A DNA stretch of 63,219 nucleotides, counting the filler, from Globobulimina sp. (Eukaryota): NCBI GenBank assembly GCA_003354225.1. It is 32 parts of 32 records of this genome, joined end to end, with 100 filler letters (N's around TTAATTAATTAA, not from the genome) between each part and the next. Parts side by side here need not be neighbours in the genome. Positions count along the whole stretch, not along the records: positions 11,881 to 13,760 come from PIVH01010959.1; positions 13,861 to 15,740 come from PIVH01010960.1; positions 15,841 to 17,720 come from PIVH01010961.1; positions 17,821 to 19,699 come from PIVH01010962.1; positions 19,800 to 21,678 come from PIVH01010963.1; positions 21,779 to 23,657 come from PIVH01010964.1; positions 23,758 to 25,636 come from PIVH01010965.1; 25 more parts are not named here. One strand, given 5' to 3'. Shown here one piece after another: positions 11,881 to 24,069 of the stretch (positions within the stretch are counted from its first letter, which is position 1; each line of letters begins with the position of its first letter). The position numbers were made by a program, and so were the translations under genes. The notes below the pieces were generated by a model. It searched no databases. It saw only the letters and a program-made list of their open reading frames with translations, and was not told the DNA's origin.

Positions 11881-12978
11881 TATATAGTCAGCATTTGCTA
11901 CCCATTCACCAGCACCGTCCCTATAGACATGGATCACATTCGATGTCAACGCAGCGCCAATAAACGCATGCACTGATTTTGGGTCATGGCAAAATTTTAT
12001 CTCCAACGGCATGCATACTTTATCCAAATCGAATGTGACTGTTTTGATCAAAGTATGTTCTCTCCAGTTCCAAAAATGCACACTCGAACCATACATTTTC
12101 TTCTCTTTATGCAAAGGATTGAAGCCTTTGCTAAATGCATTGGGTGTGCCCCATTCCGTGGATACCATAATATTATAATATGGCTGGTACCAATAATCGT
12201 ATCCAAATGTCGGCCGTTGATTTGCATCGGCAACCCACCTCTCTTCCGGCTCAAAATCGGCATTGATCCATAAAAAATCAGCTCCGCTGTTTTTCTTATT
12301 CTGCTCGTGATTTGCATCAACGCCTAAATAGGAAATCAATATCTTTCCATTCGGTATACAATGAGTAGTGTGCGGGTACGATAAACCATATTTTTCTTTG
12401 ATCATTTTCCCTGAAACGGTCTATTCGTGACACGCAAAAATACAAAATATATAACAAAACATATATAAATATTGCATGCTCAAAATTGGTGTGCTCAGAA
12501 GTATGGATTATAAATTTCGAATGTCACACACTTTAATTTTTGTTGGTTTTCGCGCATCGGCAACGTCGATAAAATGCACATCTCCCGAAGTGAATGCAGG
12601 AACAACGAGATATTTTCGGTTAAATCCTTCCATGCCATAGCATGAAGCGCACGCATTCCAACCCGAATGATGTACTTCTTGGTTTGCACCTAAATCAATT
12701 TCATGTATTATACTACAATACGTTTTTGAGGACGGATCAACATCAACCACTGCCACCATATCATAGGCATCAGATTTAGATTCGCTATCTGTGCGTGTTG
12801 CGGTCACATACAATATCTGTTCGCGAGAACCATTCACTGCATCCATTGGTGTCGCATATCTAATATTATTCACTTTGCATTCATCACAGCTGTCGACTGC
12901 TGCTTCTTTGGTTTCTTGTTCACATTCAAGTTTGGTATCAATCAACTTGATGAGTCGATCAATAACGTTAAGTGCCAT
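11881..12978 (-). CDS. SELENBP1: Selenium-binding protein / methanethiol oxidase, 3'-truncated
   Basis: YATPMDA..REQILYV, EVHHSGWNACASC, PHTTHC, GYDYWYQPYYNIMVSTEWG, PLEIKFCH; intron 12421-12531. Confidence 0.95.
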
Positions 12979-13033
12979 GGTATCACACTGAAAACTTTAT
13001 AGTTACTAATTTCAAACATACAAAGACACAAAT

Positions 13034-13760
13034 TTATTTTTTAAACTTTTGCAAACGTAGATATTCGGCTTTATTTTTAAATCTCGTTAAACTGTATCCC
13101 AATAATTTCATCATTTCCGCACAACAATCATCAAAACATTTATATAACACGTTTTCACTCCATTCAATCGGATCATTGTCATAATTAACATTACCCTCAA
13201 ACCGATCCATTAATTGTTTCCGAAGAACACCACTTATATTTATCTCATATTCACATCCAATTTGAATATATTTCTTATATAATTTCAATGCTTTTCCTTT
13301 CAAATCATCACTTTTATCATAAACTATACTTGATTCTGGAATACATTCTGCTAAATTCATCCTTGAAAGTTGATCCCTTTCACATTCATTCTCATCTAAT
13401 TGTTTATAAATAATTTGCTTAAAAGCTATAAACTCGACCAACGACAAAAGTAATTCCATACTAAATTCACTGGAAAGATGTTTCATAAATGATATAAAAT
13501 GTTCATTATTTACTAATATTTGCTCTAATTTGATTGGTTGCAATTCTCTATTTTTATCCACTCCGATTTGCAAATCAACTGAGTCTGCGTTCACAGCTAA
13601 TGTTTGCAACTGTAACTGTACTCTTTTTGGCACATTCCGTTGCTGTGTATATTGTTGTTGTACGGCAGGATCACTTTCAATCTTCTTGACCACCCATCGA
13701 GTCATCACATAAAAACACCAGATCTTGTATAATATGTACACTTGGAAATACACAAACATA
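13034..13760 (-). CDS. RGS-domain protein (after TM segment), 5'-truncated
   Basis: FMKHLSSEFSMELLLSLVEF...LYKKYIQIGCEYEINISG...SLTRF. Confidence 0.85.
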
Positions 13761-13860
13761 NNNNNNNNNNNNNNNNNNNNNNNNNNNNNNNNNNNNNNNN
13801 NNNNTTAATTAATTAANNNNNNNNNNNNNNNNNNNNNNNNNNNNNNNNNNNNNNNNNNNN

Positions 13861-15199
13861 GGCGGTTTTGCATACTTTTAAAGGTGAATAACTTGGCTCT
13901 TCCGTCCTTATCCCACGTCACAATCTCGCCGTCATCGCCTCCCGTGGCGAAGATACTCGATTGTTGATGGAATTTGATCACATTCACGCCGAAAATGTTG
14001 GCACTCCGCCCACTGTTCGTCGTAACCCGATGGCATTTGTACGAGAAGTCGTTCTTACAGCCCATGGTGGAGCGGTCGAATTGTTTGATGATAACGCGGC
14101 CGCCGATGGACGCAGCCACATATCCCAACGAATTGGGGAAGATATCGATACATCGCACCTGTCGTTTGAGACTGACTGCTTTCTGATTGCTGCCCGATTC
14201 CTGTTTCACCGAATGGATTTCCTTGGAATTATTCCGCAAATCGAACGATTTGATGTCGTTATCGCTCAACGCCACCACCAAATAATTGGACTTGGTCGAC
14301 ATTGCATACACTTTGTTGCCCAAATTGGAGGAATAGGCCGGCGATGTATTCGAGGACCGGACGTCCCAAAATGCGATGCATTTGTCCCACGATCCAGAGA
14401 TTAAGACATTGGCATTGTTGTTGTATTGGACACAACGAACAGGGGATTGGTGCTGGCCGATGGTGGAGAATTTATTGCTTTGCGGGTTCCATAGTTTGAT
14501 TAAATTGTCACAGCCCGCCGACAACACATTGCTTCCACCGGCGTCGAAACAGCAATCTAACACTGGTTTGTCGTGCTTTTGTTGGCCTAATTTCTTGGTT
14601 TGATTGTTACCGAAAAGTTCATAATAAGATATTGTGTTATCCCAACAAGAAACGATGAAATGAGGCTGCGAATTATGGAATTTTAGCCCGGAAATGGCAT
14701 CTTTGCCGATACCGGAAACGATATGGTCATTGTTCGGATTTAGCACATTGTTGTTGTTGTTATTGTTGCTGTTGCTGTTCCAGGGAGAACTGTTACTATT
14801 TTGAGTGTTATTATTATTGTTGTTATTATTTGTGTTGTTGGCCCAACCGCCACTGGTTTCGCCTTGTTGTGTTTGGTTTTGGTTGTTGTTGTTTTGATTG
14901 TTACCGCTGCCCCACGACCAGGTATTATTTTGGTTGGTGTTTTGGTTGGTATTTTGTGTGTTGTTTTGTGTGTTGTTTTGGTTGCTGTTGTTGTTTGTAC
15001 CCCATCCACTGCCAAAACCAGCAAAACTGTTGGATGCATTATTAGTGTTTGTGTTTGTGTTTGTGTTGTTGTTTGGATTTGGTGTTGGTGTTGAATTGGC
15101 GTTGCTGCCCCAAGAGAATCCGTTTGAGGAGTTATTATTTTGTTTGTTGTTGTTGTTGTTATTATTATTATTATTTGTTGAACCCCATGAAAATGACAT
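13861..15199 (-). CDS. RAE1: mRNA export factor Rae1/Gle2 (WD40) with Asn-rich, SWG-repeat N-terminus, 3'-truncated
   Basis: DAISGLKF, SCWDNTI, SGSWDK, SLKRQVRCI, SIGGRV, FSYKCHR, IFGVNVIKFH, TGGDDG..WDKDGR. Confidence 0.85.
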
Positions 15200-15450
15200 T
15201 ATTTTTAATTTTTATGTTTGGATTCGGTGAAAGGATAAGTTGATAGCGCAGATTAATGAAATTGGAGGGATTGATTGTTAAATACACAACAATTAAATAA
15301 TTCACGTCAGTTTTGTCACTTCAAATAACGCAAGGATTCGTTTGGAGAAAATGAAGATTTTGTACTAACCGTGAAAACTGCATAATGGTAACACTACAAA
15401 TCAAGCAAAATTGCAATTAACTGAAGCATATACTGTATATAATCATTATA

Positions 15451-15740
15451 ATGAGGAGAAATAAAACTGATGTGGAATTGAGTGGTTATATTGAAAACAA
15501 TGATAAATCCATGGCCAACAGCGATAATGTGGATGGTTTTAAATCTCGATTAATTTCCCCTGATATTGTCCAGAAGAATGACAATGAAAATGCAGATTCG
15601 GGAAAGAAAGATGAAGATTGTAAGAAACTGTCAATGACAGAAAGAAGGCTGAATTTCAAGCGTTTATTTGGTTTGTCATGGAAGCAAAAGTGGTTACTCA
15701 TCGGGGGCATGGCAGCTACCTTGTTTTCAGTCGTTTAGTA
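15451..15740 (+). CDS. Probable ABCB transporter N-terminus, truncated
   Basis: RRLNFKRLFGLSWKQKWLLIGGMAATLF resembles the elbow helix and TM1 of ABCB proteins. Confidence 0.5.
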
Positions 15741-15880
15741 NNNNNNNNNNNNNNNNNNNNNNNNNNNNNNNNNNNNNNNNNNNNTTAATTAATTAANNNN
15801 NNNNNNNNNNNNNNNNNNNNNNNNNNNNNNNNNNNNNNNNCAACACAAACAAATTAAACGAAACATGTTGCAGTCACAAG

Positions 15881-17400
15881 TTATTTTGGAAGATTTTGAT
15901 ACGATCCACTTTGATTTTTCTTTTTTGCTTTGCCTGCAAACACAAGACATACAACAAAGGCGACAACGAACAACGTGCCGGCAGTGACTGCAGACGCTCT
16001 CCATATTCTGCCCTCGTCATTCAATGACTTATTATCCGATACATGTTGCAAATCATAGGGCAGCCAATTACTATCTCTTAAGATCGAGCCCTGCGTCCAA
16101 CTGATCACACTCTCTCCATATTTATTTGTAAATATGATGGGCGTATCGGTTTCATTGAATCCATATCCTTCATGCAATAATGTATAAATATATGTATTTA
16201 CTCTACAATATGTCTTCAAAAAATTCTTGCTCTCTTTTGTATTATATTTGCTTTCTTTCAATTGCTCAAAGGTCATATTGCAAATAGCGATGGTGTCTTG
16301 ATAATAAAAAGGGGCTAAATCTATATTCTGTGATAGATTTAATCCATTTATAACATATCCAAAGGCAGAAAATGCAATAAATGTCATATTGGAAGGTATT
16401 TGTGCTAAATATACGCCATTAAACGCACAATTCGGCACATAACATTGCGTCTGATTTGTGACTAATTTCCTCATTAAAGCTCTACACTTAAATGGATCAT
16501 CGCCAGCATTGCCAAATTGCGTATTATTTATCTCATTATTGATGTTATAGGTTATATTGACACCGTTATTCAAGCATGGATTATGTGTAATATTTGTGAG
16601 ATTATCAGTCATTTCTTGATAACACAACGCCGCAATTCTAGATTCAATCGCATTTGTACCATATTGAAGGAATGAGTGTGCATACAATCGATGGGTTTCT
16701 TGCCATAGACGAACCGCAGTAAACTCTGCCAAAATATTGCTACTCGGCTGCGGTGCAAATGCAATTTGTGTGGATTGCCCGCCTAAATCCAGCGCACCAA
16801 ATGTGTGTTGATCATAATCTTTATTTTCTAATTTGTCCCAAATATAATTAACTCCCAACCAATCAAATGTAGATTCTTCCTCTCCGCTGGCTATGATCGC
16901 ATAGGTGTTATCAAATAAAAATGGATTGATTGTTGTATTTGAAAATGAAGTTGCGATAAAACCTAATATTCGCTGCCTATCATTGTTGGACAACACTCTC
17001 ATTCCTGCGGTCGCTTTCAAATATATTGGAAACTTATTCCATCGATGTTGGTCTGTTGCTAGCATATGTTTTGCAAAACGTATTAAGGTCTATGTATATG
17101 TATTATTATATGTAATTGATTGAGAATATAGAGAATATACTGCAGCTGTATAACTCCTATGAGCGTGTCGCAATCATTTTGGTTGTTTAACTCCCCAATT
17201 GGACCGGTATCGTTGCTGGATGCAATCTGATTTGGTGAAGATTGTGGCGCAAAGCTTGTTGATGTTACTCGATCTATAAATTGATAAATATATAATGCTG
17301 AATGGGTTGATCCGGCATCAATCACCATTCCGTAGTCATATTTTTCCTCTCCATTGCTGCAAATAAAGAGTGATACTATCAAGAGAGCTAAGAGTGCCAT
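15881..17400 (-). CDS. GDA1/CD39 NTPDase (apyrase) with signal peptide and C-terminal TM
   Basis: ACR1 VIDAGSTHS, ACR2 ATAGMR, ACR3 SGEEE..W, ACR4 DLGGQSTQ, ACR5 SWTQG; intron 17090-17154. Confidence 0.95.
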
Positions 17401-17720
17401 GATTCAATCACAAAGAAAATGTGAACGATGAGTTTTGATACATAACCCCCCCCTCTGCTCGATATTTTGTATATGATTTATGCAAAAAAAAATTGCATTG
17501 GGTTTGCAACGTGAATAAAAACTGTACATTTGCAATTGGTTTTTTGCAAACCTAATGCAAACTTTATATTGATCGATATGTATACAAAGGGGGCGGGTTA
17601 TCTAACCACGGGAGGGGGTTATGTATCAAAACTCATCGTTCACATTTTCTTTGTGATTGAATCATAGCACTCTTAGCTCTCTTGATAGTATCACTCTTTA
17701 TTTGCACAAATGGAGAGGAA
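17344..17720. repeat. 107-bp inverted duplication of the NTPDase 5' end
   Basis: 17344-17450 is the reverse complement of 17614-17720 apart from a few substitutions including ATG>ATA; nested 17-bp inverted repeat in the spacer. Confidence 0.92.
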
Positions 17721-17820
17721 NNNNNNNNNNNNNNNNNNNNNNNNNNNNNNNNNNNNNNNNNNNNTTAATTAATTAANNNNNNNNNNNNNNNNNNNNNNNN
17801 NNNNNNNNNNNNNNNNNNNN

Positions 17821-17998
17821 GTGGCGGACTATCCTTTGAGTGTTGCTTTGCGTTTTTCCTCTTTTTCTTTTTCTTTTTCCTTTTCCTCTTCTTTTTTTTC
17901 TCGACAGATTGTGGTTCGGAGTTCGAATTCTCAAATGCGTGAATATCATCAGAATCAGTCTTGGAATCTGAGTCTGACTCAGAATTTGAAGCTGTCAT
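17821..17998 (-). CDS. Hypothetical protein N-terminus (acidic then Lys-rich), truncated
   Basis: Open to the contig edge; SESDSDS and KKKKRKRKKKK segments. Confidence 0.45.
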
Positions 17999-18046
17999 GC
18001 TTGACTCAGTCCACTTTGTGATAAAAAACTTCCAACATCAAACATA

Positions 18047-19408
18047 ATGGCTTTGTCAACTCGCAGGTATACCCCATTAGCATTACGAAGCCGTTCAATA
18101 TCGCGAGATACTCCCCGTCACATTCCCCGTCTATCTGATATTATCAATCATGTAAACAATTACATAAACTCAACGAAAGACGAAGTTTCAGCCAAACATA
18201 TCACACAACAAATAGATTATTACTCGTGCAAAGTTTCAGAGAGTGTCCATATTAGCATTGATATCCTATTGCCAGATTTTAATAATTTTACCAATCTGGT
18301 GATGATTCGCTGGCTGACAATCGGTTATTCCATCTACCAATTAATCCAACTTTGGAAGGAAAATAAAAAACTAACAAATGAAAATAAGTTCATTACATCA
18401 CATACACGGATTGATGAATGGTTGCCATATATCGTAAAACAGAAATTAGCGCCAAACCTATTGCCGCGTGGCACATACCATCAGCTCAGAAAATATGTGA
18501 TAATGTGGGAAAATCAAGAACTTATCACAAAACTTCCCAAATTACGTGGCCAACATACACATTTATTAAACGATATGATCAAATGGATAAGGTACAATAT
18601 CTCATAATATATACTACATTTTAATATTTTTGTTATGTACAGAGAATTTAAGGAAAAAGTTGAACTGATTGCGACTCAAAGAAACATCGCCATTCCTGAC
18701 AGCATCGACGAGCAAATTGATTTATATGATGTATATTTGCGTTATCATTCTAAACCAGAACCTTTTGATGATGAGGATGGCGAATGTCACATTTTGGATG
18801 CACTGCTTTGTGGATATTTGCCTGGTCTTTGCGGAATGGATGAAAGCTCTGACGATGAATCATCAGAGTCAACACACGAAGATAATGAGGATGAGGTGGA
18901 CGAGGAGGAAAAGACAGAAGTACAATTATCAAGAAAAGATGCCAAAATATTGAAATATAAGCAAATGATCAAGGAATTGAAAGCAGATAATAAGAGATTG
19001 AAAAGTGAATTGTGCAGAACGCAAATTTTGCACTGTCAAGAGGCTCGACAGAGATATGTTTATTGTGAAATAGGGAAGAAACACAAAGAGGAAATAGATA
19101 AAAAAAACGAACAAATAACAAAGTTGCAAGCGAGGAATATTGAGTTAGAATATGCATTGAATAATCTTACGCTGTTTGTGGAGAAATTGAGACAGCAGTT
19201 TGTTGAATGTAAGGAATTGTTGCATAGTGCTATAGATTCAAGGCATTCATCAGTGAGTTGCAGGGATATGCAGTCACAAGAAAGGAATAGGGATATAAAT
19301 GTGAGATGTTGTAACGGGGATAATACAGATATTGTAATGTCTGATAATACTGCGGCTGATTATTTTTATAAGGATTTTAATGTGAGTTATAATGGGACTG
19401 TTAAATGA
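18047..19408 (+). CDS. Hypothetical coiled-coil protein
   Basis: Two same-frame ORFs joined by intron 18592-18642; acidic patch then heptad-like C-terminal half. Confidence 0.7.
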
Positions 19409-19564
19409 TGTTGAAACGGTGCGATAAAATGTAAAATATGAGATTTATAAAATAAAACTTTGAGTTATTTAAGTAAAATATTCATTTTTGTATCACATTC
19501 ACTATCACTGCATGTCGTCGTGAAACACGTCTAATTCACACAACAGTCACAAGTCTCACAACTA

Positions 19565-19699
19565 ATGTCACAACAAAATGATGTTGAAGAGAGCAAAGAG
19601 TCAAAAAAAGAATATGAGCATCCATGGGATGACTTAGATGTGGAACAAATCGTATCCATAGATTTCGGTTCATTTGGATTTGCTGCCTCATTCTGTCCA
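19565..19699 (+). CDS. Hsp70-superfamily (HSPA12-like) N-terminus, truncated
   Basis: IVSIDFGSFGFAASF resembles the phosphate-1 motif. Confidence 0.55.
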
Positions 19700-19799
19700 N
19701 NNNNNNNNNNNNNNNNNNNNNNNNNNNNNNNNNNNNNNNNNNNTTAATTAATTAANNNNNNNNNNNNNNNNNNNNNNNNNNNNNNNNNNNNNNNNNNNN

Positions 19800-21543
19800 C
19801 AAACAATACAAATTGTTTGAATTTTTAATATGATAAAAAAAATACACAAAATTTACCAACACGGTTCATCATTGGCAGCATTTACATCATTTCCCTTTTT
19901 TTGAATTCCAATCTCAGATTGCTTCGCATCATCGTCATCACCACCTTTTATAGAACAATTTACATATTTAATTATTTATTATCATCAGACACAAAACAAA
20001 AAATACATAAATACCAGATTCTGAATCTCTTTCTTTATTGTCACGGTCACCTAACTCATCGCCATTTGTTTTACTTTGATTTCCCTTTGTTTCGCGCTCT
20101 AAAATCATTTGCTTCACAACGTCATCGTCGCCATCAGACTCATTATCCTTCGTTTCCGTGTCTGGCAATTCTTTCTTATAAATCTCAATTGTTTTTTGAA
20201 CACCATTTTTATTCAATAATTTAAAAAATTTAATTCTCAATTTATGGTTTTCCATATTTTTATTTATAATGTCTTCATCCATTTTATTCAATAAATTGCT
20301 ATTCTTATCACCAAAAAATAAATAATTAAAAGCACATTTCCATTTCAATGAATCGTAATGACAGTCCAATATTTTCTCATTGTTCCGCAACCCCTCACAA
20401 CACAATAAATATTCTGCTTTTTCTGTCAAAGTATACAGTCAAAGTAAAACAAATTGCATTACAATCTAAAAATATGTACACAAACATACCAAATTCTGAT
20501 TTATTTTTATAAACATTAATCCGTGGAATAAATTTTTGAATGTTAATATCAGGCCGAACCTCTGCCTCTGGACCAATGGCAACGTCGCTATTTTTACTTT
20601 TCTTCCCAGTTTCTTTTCGTTTAAATTTATAGTCACTTTCCTGCGGACTCTGCGCCATAAACTCTTTATTGCTCGGTATAGAATGCAACCATCGACATTT
20701 CTTGCCCCGCGCACAAAATCCAGACACAAAATTCCAACATACTTGGTATAGCAATGCGGCATCGTCGGCCACTCCGCCTACACCGCCACGGCCACCGCCA
20801 CCGCCACGACTGACATGTTTAAATGGACACGCTTTGCCTTTTAAACACACCCCTTTCTGATAAAAAATGCACGGCGTTGATTTCCGTTTATCTCGTTGCT
20901 TTTTATAATTTGGGTTAGAACCACCGTATGCGTCATAGCTACCATATTCCGCATAGTTAGCATCGTATGCACCATATGCACCATCTGCATTGTACCAATC
21001 GTATCCATGATAGCCGTAATAGCCGCCATAGCCGTCATATTCATATACACCGTATACTTCACTTTTATGTTTATGCATATGTGAATGTGAACGTGTACGC
21101 TTCTTCTTATCCCGAATCATGGCGTTATTACGATCAATATGCCAGACGCCCCAGGTTATGTTACTCGTTTTATGTTTGTCGCTTTTTTTTGGTTTATAGG
21201 TTTTGGCTGCAACCACTTGTTTTATATCTGTATATTTGTAGAAGTCATCAAAAGTGAAGTAAATATTCATTCTAATTATATTATCAGTTTGTGTATACAA
21301 TAAACGTACTTTTTTGTTGCGCGATTGAATCTTGTTTTGATTCCTATCGTCGTTTGTTGATGTTTTATCATTGTTTAATATGGTTATTTCATTATAGTTA
21401 AACTTTAAAAGTAAAATGGAATCGAAACTTTCGCAATATATTTTCTCTTTTTTTGCTTCCAGACAGCTCTCATGATTAAACGCTATGGGAAATTTGTTTC
21501 GAAAACAGTGCAGTTGAACTACTTGAAATTTGGTAAAACACAT
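19800..21543 (-). CDS. Tandem CCCH zinc-finger protein with YG-rich and RGG segments; ends uncertain
   Basis: CIFYQKGVCLKGKACPFKH and CWNFVSGFCARGKKCRWLH; intron 20423-20489 and a second near 19945-20014. Confidence 0.8.
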
Positions 21544-22005
21544 AAAGAATTAAAAAAGAAAGTTTGGAATTTTGATGATTTAATACAAGAATCGTTAAAT
21601 TTTAAACTAGTTTTCATAAATAAATAATATGTCATTGAATGATAAGTATTTGTGTAATCAAGTTTATTTTAAGGGCAANNNNNNNNNNNNNNNNNNNNNN
21701 NNNNNNNNNNNNNNNNNNNNNNTTAATTAATTAANNNNNNNNNNNNNNNNNNNNNNNNNNNNNNNNNNNNNNNNNNNNAGAATAAGTAGGCATCACTGTT
21801 TGATGCAGTAAATTATATTTCATATTATGGCTTGGGGTACAATATCAAATACGGATCTCTACTGTAGAGATGTCAAACAAATAATGCTGCTAATTACACT
21901 TACTCTTTAAAAATCCATGTCACAGCAAGCCTAGATTCTAATACAATAGTGCTAATCATATCGGATCATATATCTGTGTGAAGTCCGGAACTATCCTTAA
22001 ATAAT

Positions 22006-23316
22006 ATGATTGAATGCACTGCATTTGTGTATAAACACATACTATGCTCGAATGGAGAATTAATTATCGGCAACAATGGTTATGAAATTATATATAAACC
22101 AAAACCATTCACTGAACCAAATATATACAATAATAACACCAACTCGACTAAGGATCCAGATGTTGACGTTATGCATAGAATTACCATTGATTGGGATACA
22201 ATTTCTGGATTAAAACGTACAAACAAAGATATCGATAATAATAACTTCAAATTGATTGAACAATTAATTATCGAATCAACATGTTATCCACAACTACATG
22301 CCATGCAATATAATCCTGCCACAGATAAATATGAGACTCAATCAATTGAATTATTACGGACACATTATATTGGCTTAGAATATGACATTATTCATTCCCA
22401 TCGCATAAATACATCATTATTGCATAAGTATGCATCATATTCAGTATTATTTAATACGTCATTACCAGAATGGATATGGATACCTCTGTTAAACCATAAT
22501 CTACGGAAATGTATTCAAAATCTAATTTTATTTGGTAATATAGCTCTATTTATATGGACAATATACCAAATCACAAAATATACGTCCATTATTCAGACGT
22601 TTTACGTATATATTTTTTATCCATTATTTAATTATATCTCTCAAACGATGCTAAAAAAAATGTATTATTTTCTCAACTTAATGCAGTTTCATGTTGTTCT
22701 CCAATTTATGTCGACGATTTTTAGTTTTTTTTATAATTATATACCAATCAATTTTCTATATAAAATAATTTCGTTTTTTGATCAACATATAATACAACAA
22801 ATAATCGGTTTATTTGCAATGTTTTATAAATTATTTCATTCGTTGTTTAGTTTATTTTTACCATTATTTAATGCTATTTTCTCTCTCTTTAAACAACTTA
22901 CTTTTAATTGTTTTTTATGCAATAAATTATCAACAATGTGTCGGAAATTGACATTTATGTGCAACTTTATTAGAAAATGTTTGACATTTTGTCGGCAATC
23001 ACAAGTTGTAAAAGATTCGGGTAAAATATTAAAAGTTGGTGTAAAGGGAGTGAAAACAATAAAAAATCGGCCAAGTAATGGTTTGCTGCACTACATTTGG
23101 AATAACTTAAAATTATTTATTGATGCATTTTGGTTTGGAATTGGCAAACCAATAAAACATATTTATGATTTTTTCCGGTATATCCGAAGCGAAGCCGGCA
23201 TTGTTGTGGGAAAATGTATTCGTAAATGTTGTAAAAAATCAAGGGAAAAAGTAAAGAATGTAATTCGAACTCCTATGCCAACTCCGATACCAACACCGAA
23301 AAAAAAAAAAAAATAA
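22006..23316 (+). CDS. Hypothetical membrane protein
   Basis: 436-aa ORF with hydrophobic central segments and a basic C-terminus; no family recognised. Confidence 0.65.
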   Translation: MIECTAFVYKHILCSNGELIIGNNGYEIIYKPKPFTEPNIYNNNTNSTKDPDVDVMHRITIDWDTISGLKRTNKDIDNNNFKLIEQLIIESTCYPQLHAMQYNPATDKYETQSIELLRTHYIGLEYDIIHSHRINTSLLHKYASYSVLFNTSLPEWIWIPLLNHNLRKCIQNLILFGNIALFIWTIYQITKYTSIIQTFYVYIFYPLFNYISQTMLKKMYYFLNLMQFHVVLQFMSTIFSFFYNYIPINFLYKIISFFDQHIIQQIIGLFAMFYKLFHSLFSLFLPLFNAIFSLFKQLTFNCFLCNKLSTMCRKLTFMCNFIRKCLTFCRQSQVVKDSGKILKVGVKGVKTIKNRPSNGLLHYIWNNLKLFIDAFWFGIGKPIKHIYDFFRYIRSEAGIVVGKCIRKCCKKSREKVKNVIRTPMPTPIPTPKKKKK

Positions 23317-23757
23317 TTTTCAATCGGTTTTATTTAATGACTTTTTTTTTTTAAATTTTACAAGTGAAGTATTTATATTTTCTCATCGGTTCTTGATGGC
23401 TGTACTGCATCGCTGATTAAAATATTTTTAACTATGTTGCAAATAGACCTTTGGAATTTATCCGGTCGAATTCGCCTTGAGTTCGAGTGCTTGGAACCTA
23501 TGGTGGAGTGTATATGATCTCTAAAGGGGATTGTATGAAAATATATTTCTCTACATCGAGTCGCTTGATATTGAAATAAAAAGAATTTATGATTTATATG
23601 TTTGGTTTAATTATTAATTATATTCAAATCAATCCATGACGTAAAGATGAATTGATCNNNNNNNNNNNNNNNNNNNNNNNNNNNNNNNNNNNNNNNNNNN
23701 NTTAATTAATTAANNNNNNNNNNNNNNNNNNNNNNNNNNNNNNNNNNNNNNNNNNNN

Positions 23758-24069
23758 AAATTAATAGAGATTACAAAGCGCAAAGCATTGAATAAAGCAA
23801 TACCACATTTTATGTCATATTTTTATGTTCAATTTGGATTATTTGATGGTTATGCACATATTATCGAAGATGAAACAAAAATAAAACAGGATTTTGGTGC
23901 TCAAATAATTGCAGGGATTGTTGGTAAAGTTTTATTTAAAATTAAAAATGAATCATATGAGAAACAGATACAACGCGCAAATGAGTTTAAAATGTTGTTT
24001 GAACCTTTTAAGCAGAAATTGGAGGAGAAATTGAAAAAAAATCAAAAAACAACAGAGGATAAATCATGA
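23758..24069 (+). CDS. CWF19L2: CWF19-like protein 2, 3' part (CwfJ_C_2)
   Basis: KLIEITKRKALNKAIPHFMSYFYVQFGLFDGYAHIIEDE..FGAQIIAG; first 10 nt match 11770-11779. Confidence 0.88.
   Translation, partial: KLIEITKRKALNKAIPHFMSYFYVQFGLFDGYAHIIEDETKIKQDFGAQIIAGIVGKVLFKIKNESYEKQIQRANEFKMLFEPFKQKLEEKLKKNQKTTEDKS

Noticed and set aside
13861-14560. Locally higher GC as a sign of foreign DNA
   Set aside because: Continuous frame with the AT-rich part of a core eukaryotic gene; codon bias is sufficient
14740-15243. Several overlapping ORFs rich in V/C/L/T
   Set aside because: Shadow frames of the AAC/AAT repeats in Rae1
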